Part shown: positions 1 through 6,974 of the stretch, in pieces
How positions within the stretch are numbered: position 1 is the first letter of the stretch
How the letters are laid out: every line of letters begins with the position of its first letter
Source: a virus
Lineage: Duplodnaviria; Caudoviricetes
Virus record (IMG/VR): IMGVR_UViG_3300027863_000119
Coordinates: 1-31,663 of that record
Reading direction: 5' to 3' (one strand)
Length of the DNA stretch: 31,663 nucleotides
Notes under the pieces: generated by a model
What the model saw: only the letters and a program-made list of their open reading frames with translations
Databases searched by the model: none
Told to the model about the DNA's origin: nothing
Made by a program: the position numbers and the translations under genes

Positions 1-128
1 TTTACCCTGTGAAAAATCTTAATTCATAACTTCCAGCTAAATTCTAAAAATCTTGAATATAAAATTTCTCTCTATAAAATGATTTCAGTCAATATTTCTT
101 TTTCCGAAGGATTGGATAGAAAATTTAG

Positions 129-161
129 AAAGCCTTGTAACTTATTTAATTACAAGGCTTT
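129..161 (-). terminator. Inverted repeat just downstream of the tRNA 3' end; probable terminator-like hairpin
   Basis: Perfect 12-bp stem AAAGCCTTGTAA (129-140) / TTACAAGGCTTT (150-161) with a 9-nt loop, 4 nt past the CCA end on the minus strand. Confidence 0.6.
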
Positions 162-165
162 AGGT

Positions 166-210
166 TGGTGGGCGCTGAAGGATTCGAACCTACGACCCCC
201 TGCTTGTAAG
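166..210 (-). tRNA. 3' half of tRNA-Val(TAC); prophage attachment-site copy, not a complete tRNA
   Basis: Minus strand reads CTTACAAGCAGGGGGTCGTAGGTTCGAATCCTTCAGCGCCCACCA: anticodon loop with TAC, GGTTCGAATCC T-loop, ACCA end. The 5' half is absent and the integrase stop is ~105 bp away. Confidence 0.9.
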
Positions 211-257
211 TAAGGTAAAACCTAATTTTTAATCAATTTTCAAACTTTTCGATATTA

Positions 258-311
258 ATTTCAGCACATTTCTTATCGTTTAAATAATTCTGTGCTGAAA
301 TAGTGCTGAAT
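258..311. repeat. Putative integrase arm-type binding sites (GTGCTGAA motif x3)
   Basis: ATTTCAGCACA (258-268) is the exact reverse complement of TGTGCTGAAAT (291-301), followed by a direct copy AGTGCTGAAT (302-311); lies between att core and integrase stop. Confidence 0.65.
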
Positions 312-314
312 AAT

Positions 315-1487
315 TTAATCACTAATTAAACAAGCATTATCTAATATCTTACGAGCATTATCAATATTAAAATCAATATAACTCTTGTCAGTTATCTTTA
401 TATCTGTATGATCTGCAAGTTTGTATACAGTATAAATATCCATGTGCAATTCATTTATAAGATAACTTATAAATGTTGAACGTAACTGTTTAAGAGTATA
501 TTTTTTCTTTATTCTTCCTTCTTCAAATAATTTTTTAATATCCCTTTTCCAAAATCGCAATGACCATGTATAATTTTTTTCATTAGCCCTGAACCAATAA
601 AATAATCTTCCTTCCTCCCCTTCTTTAATTTTCATCTCTTCTTTTAATAAATATTCAAGTTCTTTATATAATGGAAATTTGTAAAATGATTTTCCTTTTC
701 TTTTCCCTGTCTTAATATTCTCAATTATAATTTGCTTTCTATTATAATCAATATTTTCTTTACGTTGCATTAATGCTGATGATGGTCTAACCCCAATTAA
801 TAACATAAATGATATTAGCCAATAATGATGAGGATGTTTTTCTTTTCTTTTTAATGTATTGAGTATGATTTTCATATCTTCTAATTCTATTGGTTCCGGG
901 TCTTTTTCTTCACTATCTACAGCTTCTATAATATTTTTCCCAGTATAACCTTTTTCTACAAAAAATTTCCACATAGTTGATAATGCTCTTGTATAAATAG
1001 AACATGAATTTTGAGAAAGATTAATTTTATCAAAGTAAAAAAGTAGATTATTGTATTGTTTCTCATCATATTGATAAATATACTTATCTCCAACAGCATT
1101 AATAAAATGTTTAACAGCAAGTTTGTAACTCTCAATTGTTTTTTCTTTTATTTTTCGTTTTGATTTTGGCACTTTTCGAGAATCAATATATTCTTTCAGA
1201 CCTTCAGATAATAATAATCTTCTTTTAATTTTTACACCAGTTTCTTTTTGAAATTCTCTATCTGCAAGTGCAATTTTTAGTTCTTTAACTTTTAACCATA
1301 ATTCTGGTGTTCCCTTAATTATCTGTTTTTCCCCATGTTTTCGTTGCTTAAATCTATTTAAATCTGCTTCAGTTACAGGAATTTTTGTATTAAATTCCTT
1401 ACGTCTAAGTTTAGGGTCTTCTTCAAGTTTATCGTAATATCGCAACCAATAATAAGGGCTTCCTTTTCTTATAAATACACCACGCAT
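315..1487 (-). CDS. int: Tyrosine recombinase / phage integrase
   Basis: N-terminal arm-binding-like RKGSPYYWLRY, SAM-like core, catalytic R (GVRPSS), K (NIKTGK), KQLR box, LADH...SY; adjacent to tRNA att. Confidence 0.93.
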   Translation of the reverse strand: MRGVFIRKGSPYYWLRYYDKLEEDPKLRRKEFNTKIPVTEADLNRFKQRKHGEKQIIKGTPELWLKVKELKIALADREFQKETGVKIKRRLLLSEGLKEYIDSRKVPKSKRKIKEKTIESYKLAVKHFINAVGDKYIYQYDEKQYNNLLFYFDKINLSQNSCSIYTRALSTMWKFFVEKGYTGKNIIEAVDSEEKDPEPIELEDMKIILNTLKRKEKHPHHYWLISFMLLIGVRPSSALMQRKENIDYNRKQIIIENIKTGKRKGKSFYKFPLYKELEYLLKEEMKIKEGEEGRLFYWFRANEKNYTWSLRFWKRDIKKLFEEGRIKKKYTLKQLRSTFISYLINELHMDIYTVYKLADHTDIKITDKSYIDFNIDNARKILDNACLISD

Positions 1488-1489
1488 AA

Positions 1490-1762
1490 TTATTGCTTAT
1501 TTAATTTATCAAGAATTTTTTTTAACAACTTCGTTTGATAAGTAAAATGATAAAAAAAATAAGCCATTATATATAATACAATTGCTACTATAATTAAATA
1601 AAAAAAAGAAGATGGTAATTTTTCTCTTACTAATGCGCTAAGAAAAGCAAACAAAATAAAAATAATTATTAATATAGTTGCTAAAACTGTAAATATTATA
1701 CTAAGAAAATTTTCATGTTTATATTCCGTTGTTTCTATAGGCTGAGTACTTTCATTATCCAT
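1490..1762 (-). CDS. Small two-transmembrane-helix protein (lysogenic conversion / superinfection exclusion candidate)
   Basis: Two long hydrophobic segments and a LLKKILDKL tail; 2-8 bp gaps to neighbours in the cI operon. Confidence 0.75.
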   Translation of the reverse strand: MDNESTQPIETTEYKHENFLSIIFTVLATILIIIFILFAFLSALVREKLPSSFFYLIIVAIVLYIMAYFFYHFTYQTKLLKKILDKLNKQ

Positions 1763-1770
1763 TACAACCT

Positions 1771-2238
1771 CTATTTTTTCTTTATATAAACTTTTTTACC
1801 TTTTGAATTATAATAATATTTACCACCTCGTGGTCCAGTATAAATTGTTCTATCTCCCGGTGCAGATATTTTATTTTTTGACGAATTATAATTTTGATGT
1901 TGCCAACAATAATCAGAACCGGGTTCTGCCATGCGTTTACATTGCGTCCCTGCTTTAGTTATTGCTTTACATTGTTTCCTGTCAAGTAATTTATTTAATG
2001 ATTCAGAACTATTATTCGTATTAATAGGTATATTACTTGAAGTACTTGTTACAATGTATTTCAACAATAATATTTGATTTGATAAATCAGCATTACTGTT
2101 TTCTAATTTTGCAATGAATGTTGAAGCAGAATCGAGCTGTTCTTCTAACTTACTTATTCGCAGTTCAAGTTGTGTTATTTTTTCAGAAGAGGCGCAACCG
2201 ATAAAGATAATAAAAAATGATAATATAATTTTTTGCAT
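1771..2238 (-). CDS. Lipoprotein with coiled coil, CCCH Zn-finger-like (DUF5763-like) domain and C-terminal GPRGG basic module
   Basis: MQKIILSFFIIFIG|C lipobox; heptad region; CKAITKAGTQCKR...YCWQH; IYTGPRGGKYYYNSKGKKVY; GAGG Shine-Dalgarno upstream. Confidence 0.8.
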   Translation of the reverse strand: MQKIILSFFIIFIGCASSEKITQLELRISKLEEQLDSASTFIAKLENSNADLSNQILLLKYIVTSTSSNIPINTNNSSESLNKLLDRKQCKAITKAGTQCKRMAEPGSDYCWQHQNYNSSKNKISAPGDRTIYTGPRGGKYYYNSKGKKVYIKKK

Positions 2239-2256
2239 GTTGCCCTCATTTATTAA

Positions 2257-2889
2257 TTAAAAATTCTTCCAAACTCCAACTACTTTATAAATTGCTTCAA
2301 TATCATCTGCTTTGCATATAATAGGTTCGTAGAGTTCGTTAGTTGAATATAGCATAATATAATTATTCTCAAGTTTCTTAAATCGCTTAACAATCTGCCT
2401 GCCATCTTTAAGTCGAGCAATTACAATATCATTATTAAGAATCTCTTTATCCATATCGATTAATACAATATCACCTTCATCAATAATATGATTCATACTA
2501 TCCCCTATTACTCTTACAGCAAAACAATTTTCTTTTTTTAAATAAGGTAACGGGATATATTCAATTATATTTTCGCTAACAAACATTTCTGGAGAATTCC
2601 CTGCATAAACTTTTGCAATGATAGGATATTCATATATCTTTATGCCCCCCTCTTCATATTCTTTTTTAGGGACTATTTTATAATAAGTTATGTTCTCAGG
2701 ATTGCTATCATCAATTTTTATCCCTAATCCCTGTTCTAATAATTTAATTGTATTCTGTGTAGGAACTAATGTTTTCCCACTTCTAATCCTATATATTGTA
2801 GGCTGTGTAATACCAGTGATAGAAGATAATTGATATTCACTTATTCTAAAATCTTTTAATAATTTTTCTAAAAAACCCTGCCAATTCAT
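2257..2889 (-). CDS. cI: CI/LexA-like repressor (XRE HTH + S24 autopeptidase)
   Basis: HTH SEYQLSSITGITQPTIYRI; cleavage site VYAG; catalytic GDSM and VKRF; divergent from early operon. Confidence 0.93.
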   Translation of the reverse strand: MNWQGFLEKLLKDFRISEYQLSSITGITQPTIYRIRSGKTLVPTQNTIKLLEQGLGIKIDDSNPENITYYKIVPKKEYEEGGIKIYEYPIIAKVYAGNSPEMFVSENIIEYIPLPYLKKENCFAVRVIGDSMNHIIDEGDIVLIDMDKEILNNDIVIARLKDGRQIVKRFKKLENNYIMLYSTNELYEPIICKADDIEAIYKVVGVWKNF

Positions 2890-2901
2890 ATTTATAAAAA
2901 A

Positions 2902-3006
2902 TAATGCATCTATAAATTATTGTAAATTAATTAATTAAGAAAAATTAATACAAAATAATAAAAAATACTTGACAAATGTATTATATTGTATTATATTGCA
3001 TTACAG
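2902..3006. promoter_or_regulatory. Putative operator array (TGYATTA motif x5) in the immunity intergenic region
   Basis: TGTATTATAT at 2977 and 2987, TGCATTACAG at 2997 (10-bp period); inverted copies TAATACA 2946-2952 and TAATGCA 2902-2908. Confidence 0.55.
2969..2997 (+). promoter_or_regulatory. Rightward early (PR-like) sigma70 promoter
   Basis: TTGACA (2969-2974), 17-bp spacer, TATATT (2992-2997), 32 bp upstream of ATG 3030. Confidence 0.8.
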
Positions 3007-3029
3007 AAACATAATTAATAGGTGTACAA

Positions 3030-3230
3030 ATGTTAATCAAAATAAAAGAATATAAAGTCAGTAAAAGAGGCCACAGAGGAATGATAGTAGGACTTCCTCC
3101 ATTATTCCTCAAGGATAATAATGTAAAACCAGGTGACATATTAGAAGTATTTAGAACATTCATAGAAGGCAAAGATGCTCTTATCATCACAATTAAGCAA
3201 AATAATAATAATCAATTAGTTAAGAATTAA
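3030..3230 (+). CDS. AbrB/MazE/SpoVT-fold DNA-binding protein in the cro position
   Basis: KVSKRGHRGMIVGLPPLFLKDNNVKPGDILEV matches the swapped-hairpin pattern; first gene after the PR-like promoter. Confidence 0.75.
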   Translation: MLIKIKEYKVSKRGHRGMIVGLPPLFLKDNNVKPGDILEVFRTFIEGKDALIITIKQNNNNQLVKN

Positions 3231-3305
3231 AAATTCTGAAAAGGAAGTAATTATGACATTGAATAATATCTTGTTCAACCTCTACATTTAACACAAATTT
3301 AATAA

Positions 3306-3779
3306 TTGAAATACAGGAAATCTCAATATATGAACTGTAAAAATTCTGTAAATACAGAAAAATTCTGGATGCTTAATGAAGACCAGAAATTTATAAATCA
3401 AGTGCTCGAAAAATATGGTCTAGAGATTCGTTGGCTAGCGGATAAATTAAATATGGATTATGAAATAGTCAGGTATCAATTGCGAGAAGCGAAAAATTAT
3501 AGACAGGATTTTCACGAACGTGTTAAAGAAGTCTTAAAGAAAGAAGGATTAATTTCTTCTAATAATGAAGTATGTGAGAAATTAAAAGATGAATTATTGG
3601 ATTTCAATACAATTATGAATAGAACTGTTGCTTTGATAACAAAGAGCATTAAAGAAAAAATTGCTGATAAAAGACTCACCGATAATGAAAAATTACAATT
3701 GAAAAAAGAATTGCGTCAGCAGTTACAACAAATTACAGATGAATTCAATGATTTATTATTAACAATTGATATGAATTAA
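3306..3779 (+). CDS. HTH regulator, CII (CP76)-like; true start may be ATG 3330 or 3369
   Basis: HTH-like EIRWLADKLNMDYEIVRYQL; C-terminal ADKRLTDNEKLQLKKEL resembles CII-type helical tail; position after cro-like gene. Confidence 0.55.
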   Translation: MKYRKSQYMNCKNSVNTEKFWMLNEDQKFINQVLEKYGLEIRWLADKLNMDYEIVRYQLREAKNYRQDFHERVKEVLKKEGLISSNNEVCEKLKDELLDFNTIMNRTVALITKSIKEKIADKRLTDNEKLQLKKELRQQLQQITDEFNDLLLTIDMN

Positions 3780-3781
3780 TT

Positions 3782-4132
3782 ATGGAAACAAAAAATATAA
3801 TAATAACAAATGCAGAAAAATTAATACTCGAAAAACTTCAATCTCTAGAACGCAAACTTGATTCTATAATTGAAGAAAAAGCATATCAAAGCATTGAAGA
3901 AATTTCACTACATAGAGCTGAAAGACTATTAAGAATGGGCAGAGCTAAAATTATAAGAGAAGTTGAAAAAGGAAATTTAGTAGCAATTCCTTTTAAAGAC
4001 AAAAACCATAAGAAACGATATAGATTCAGAATACAAGATATTATAGAATTTCAAAATAAGCGTTCAACAAAAAGAAATTATGAAGTAGAGCCCGCAGAAA
4101 ATATTTGTAAAAGAATATTTGGAATAGAATAA
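3782..4132 (+). CDS. Excisionase-like winged HTH protein
   Basis: EISLHRAERLLRMGRAKIIREVEKGNLVA...YRFRIQDIIEF, MerR/Xis-type pattern. Confidence 0.65.
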   Translation: METKNIIITNAEKLILEKLQSLERKLDSIIEEKAYQSIEEISLHRAERLLRMGRAKIIREVEKGNLVAIPFKDKNHKKRYRFRIQDIIEFQNKRSTKRNYEVEPAENICKRIFGIE

Positions 4133-4347
4133 TGAAATCAATGATTCTTTATAACTCAATAATCAATTCATTACCAACATTACGTGAATATCACGGTTCA
4201 AGATCGAAATATTCTAAATGTAACAATAAAGATTGTGAGTTAAATGGTGGTAAAGAATCTCACAGAAATTCTATGAATGAATTACACAATATTACTGATA
4301 AAAAATATGAAGAAATAATACGAGGCAATAATGGAAAAAATTTATAA
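4132..4347 (+). CDS. Hypothetical phage protein
   Basis: TAATG coupling with upstream gene; operon context. Confidence 0.55.
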   Translation: MKSMILYNSIINSLPTLREYHGSRSKYSKCNNKDCELNGGKESHRNSMNELHNITDKKYEEIIRGNNGKNL

Positions 4348-4477
4348 CAACATTGACGATTTTATTGAAAGTCTGAAAATGATTCACTGGATATTGATAG
4401 TAATGCTTTTATACCTATTAATATTCATTAAACCTGCATTAAAATATATCAAAGATTTATTCAAGGATTTAGAATAA
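4331..4477 (+). CDS. 48-aa single-TM protein (not in ORF track)
   Basis: MEKIYNNIDDFIESLKMIHWILIVMLLYLLIFIKPALKYIKDLFKDLE; GAGG at 4322-4325; fills the gap in the operon. Confidence 0.65.
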   Translation: MEKIYNNIDDFIESLKMIHWILIVMLLYLLIFIKPALKYIKDLFKDLE

Positions 4478-4498
4478 AAAAACCCGCATACGCGGGTT
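4476..4498 (-). terminator. Intrinsic terminator oriented for leftward (antisense) transcription
   Basis: AACCCGC-ATAC-GCGGGTT hairpin preceded by an A run on + (U tract on -); no T run on + side. Confidence 0.6.
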
Positions 4499-4535
4499 CA
4501 ATAAGATAAATAATAACAAATTATAAGGTGACTTT

Positions 4536-4742
4536 ATGAATCAATGCAATAATAATAATAATGAACAAAAAAAACAACGGTTAGCTATTACACTCGATTT
4601 AAGCGACCCAGAGCCAGTAAGGGATTTAAAGCAGAACAGAGATATTAATAATATCGATTTGAAAATTGCTTATCCCTTGCATGCTTTAATAAGAACATAT
4701 TTCCCAACTTTATTTGAGGAGGTAAAAAATGACAACAAATAA
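4536..4742 (+). CDS. Hypothetical phage protein
   Basis: AAGGTG Shine-Dalgarno-like upstream; overlaps start of next gene. Confidence 0.6.
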   Translation: MNQCNNNNNEQKKQRLAITLDLSDPEPVRDLKQNRDINNIDLKIAYPLHALIRTYFPTLFEEVKNDNK

Positions 4743-5754
4743 AGATGCATTAATAGCTTTAACAAAAGAAAGAATTGATGATAATAATAAACTTCAAACA
4801 TTTATTGAAAGAGCAAAACAAATTACAATTCCATTGTTTCCAGAAACTGTTCAGTTTGTAGATAAAGCTCTTAAATATGGAGCTGCAATTGTAACAGTTG
4901 ACATTAATATAGACCAATATGGAAACAACCATGACATCTATAAAAATGAAAGTGGTGGTTATTCGCTACACTTAAGCAAATTAAATGAAATTGCACAACA
5001 AGCAGGAATTCAAATAATTGATTCAAGAATAATTGAAAGAAGAGTTGATGAATATGGTAGAGTTACATTTATCAATCATCAAGTGCGTGGTAGAATGAAA
5101 AGTATTGATGGAACAATTAAAGAAATTGTTGTAACAGGTAAATATGATTATTACAGAGATATTGAATATTATGGTAAAGGTGATGCTAATAATAAGCAAG
5201 TTAAAGCAAGAAGAAAACATGCAGAGGCACTTGCAGAAAGCAATGCAATTTATCGTTTATATAATAAATTGATTGCTAAAATTCCGCAAAGTTTCACACT
5301 TGAAGAACTAAAAAAACCATTCTTAATCCCATACGTAATAGAAGATAAAGATGCTTTATTAAAAGAACTTCCTGAAAATGAACAAATACTTATTAAAAAA
5401 GAACTTGTTCGCAAAAGATTAGGATTAATTGATTCAATTTATTCAAATAATAAAATTGAACAAGTTGAGCAAGTTGAAACAATTGTAGTAGATGATGATG
5501 ACCCTGAAATGCTTCAAAATGAGAAATTAAGTAAAGAGGAAGAAAATAAAATATTAGCTGAAGAATTCAGAAACGTACCTCAAAAAGAAAGAACTGAAAA
5601 GATATTGAAACTTATTGAATTAAAAGGCTACAAAGATCCAAGTGGAGCTGCAATTACAGCAAAAAGAATAGAAAACAATTCAATCGAATCTCAAATTCGG
5701 TTTCTTGAAAAACTATTAAATATGCCTGATAAAGAAGAAGGTTTGCCATTATGA
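4729..5754 (+). CDS. Putative single-strand annealing/recombination protein (Rad52/RecT-like, tentative)
   Basis: GAGGAGGT SD; LSKLNEIAQQAGI and ALAESNAIYRL helices recall annealase motifs; acidic linker and C-terminal domain; ATGA-coupled to sbcD-like gene. Confidence 0.45.
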   Translation: MTTNKDALIALTKERIDDNNKLQTFIERAKQITIPLFPETVQFVDKALKYGAAIVTVDINIDQYGNNHDIYKNESGGYSLHLSKLNEIAQQAGIQIIDSRIIERRVDEYGRVTFINHQVRGRMKSIDGTIKEIVVTGKYDYYRDIEYYGKGDANNKQVKARRKHAEALAESNAIYRLYNKLIAKIPQSFTLEELKKPFLIPYVIEDKDALLKELPENEQILIKKELVRKRLGLIDSIYSNNKIEQVEQVETIVVDDDDPEMLQNEKLSKEEENKILAEEFRNVPQKERTEKILKLIELKGYKDPSGAAITAKRIENNSIESQIRFLEKLLNMPDKEEGLPL

Positions 5755-6974
5755 GAACTCTTAGATTTATTCATACAGCAGACTGGCATGCCGACGGCGA
5801 TGAAAAAAAGAAAGCTAAATTAGAAGCTTCATTACAACAGCTTGTCGAGTATTGCAGTAAAAATAAAGTTGATGCAATCATCCACTCTGGTGATGTTTGG
5901 GAACGCTCGCAAAAATTTGAAAAAAATTCAGGTGTGCCTGTTGTAATTAAATATCTTCGCGAGCTCTCGAAGTTAGTTGATTTTATTTTCATCACTAAAG
6001 GAAATAACTCTCACGATGAACCTGGAAGCATCTCATTGCTACATCAGATAGAACCAAATACTTATGCTTATGAATATCCGGTTGTTTTAGGAGTGAAAGA
6101 CGGGACAATTAAACAGCACGTTTTCGATTTGCTTCGAGATGAGCATGAAATAAATGAATTCAATTTTATCGTTACCCTCGTGCCATATCCAACAAAAGCA
6201 AGTTTATTAATTAATGATTCGATTGATAACAATAATGCAAACTTCATTGAGAAGTTTGAACAAATATTTGAGCACATCGGTGAGGTTACACAACCTTATA
6301 CTTGTCCAAAGATTTTAACTTTCCACGGCAATGTAGTTGGATCTCGTTTAAGCACTGGACAGACATTAGTTTCTCAAGATATTATGGTTGCTCCTTCAAC
6401 GCTTGAATTAGCAATACACGATTATTATGCATTAGGACATATTCATCTTAGACAGGAAATAAAATGGAATATGATATATGCAGGTTCGGTTTATAATAAG
6501 AATTGGGGCGAAACTGATAAAAAATCATTTGAAGTTATTGAATTTGAATTTATGAAAGATTTTGAAAGATGGATTATAACAAATCAACAAAGAATACATT
6601 TTAATTGTAAATCTATGGTTAAAATTGATTGTGATTTTATTAATGGTGAATTCATTTATTACGCAGATGATGCAGATATGAAATTAGCTTTAAGCAATGA
6701 TTCAGAAGTTAGATTAAAAATTAAAATCAAAGAGAATGAAAGGAATCTACTTACTGAGAATAAAATTGAAGAACTTAAAATTACTTATGGACAGGATACT
6801 AAGATTGAACTAAATATAATGCCTTCAGAACGAGATGCTCGCTCAGAATCAATTATGAATTGTAAAACTTTGCTCGATGAAGTGAAAGAATATGCTAAAG
6901 TAATTGGCGAACAAATAAATGATTCTATTGAAAAAAAAGTATTAAAAATGATGGAAGAAGGAGTAAGAGTATGA
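5751..6974 (+). CDS. sbcD: SbcD/Mre11-like metallophosphoesterase nuclease
   Basis: HTADWH, SGDVW, KGNNSHD, TFHG, ALGHIH, YAGS motifs; upstream of SbcC. Confidence 0.9.
   Translation: MRTLRFIHTADWHADGDEKKKAKLEASLQQLVEYCSKNKVDAIIHSGDVWERSQKFEKNSGVPVVIKYLRELSKLVDFIFITKGNNSHDEPGSISLLHQIEPNTYAYEYPVVLGVKDGTIKQHVFDLLRDEHEINEFNFIVTLVPYPTKASLLINDSIDNNNANFIEKFEQIFEHIGEVTQPYTCPKILTFHGNVVGSRLSTGQTLVSQDIMVAPSTLELAIHDYYALGHIHLRQEIKWNMIYAGSVYNKNWGETDKKSFEVIEFEFMKDFERWIITNQQRIHFNCKSMVKIDCDFINGEFIYYADDADMKLALSNDSEVRLKIKIKENERNLLTENKIEELKITYGQDTKIELNIMPSERDARSESIMNCKTLLDEVKEYAKVIGEQINDSIEKKVLKMMEEGVRV

Noticed and set aside
1-128. Host gene in the left flank
   Set aside because: Too short and no convincing ORF or motif
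166-240. Complete tRNA-Val gene
   Set aside because: No D arm or 5' acceptor strand beyond 210; only the 3' half is present
2981-3190. 69-aa minus-strand ORF
   Set aside because: Antisense shadow of the AbrB-like gene, overlapping its promoter; no motif
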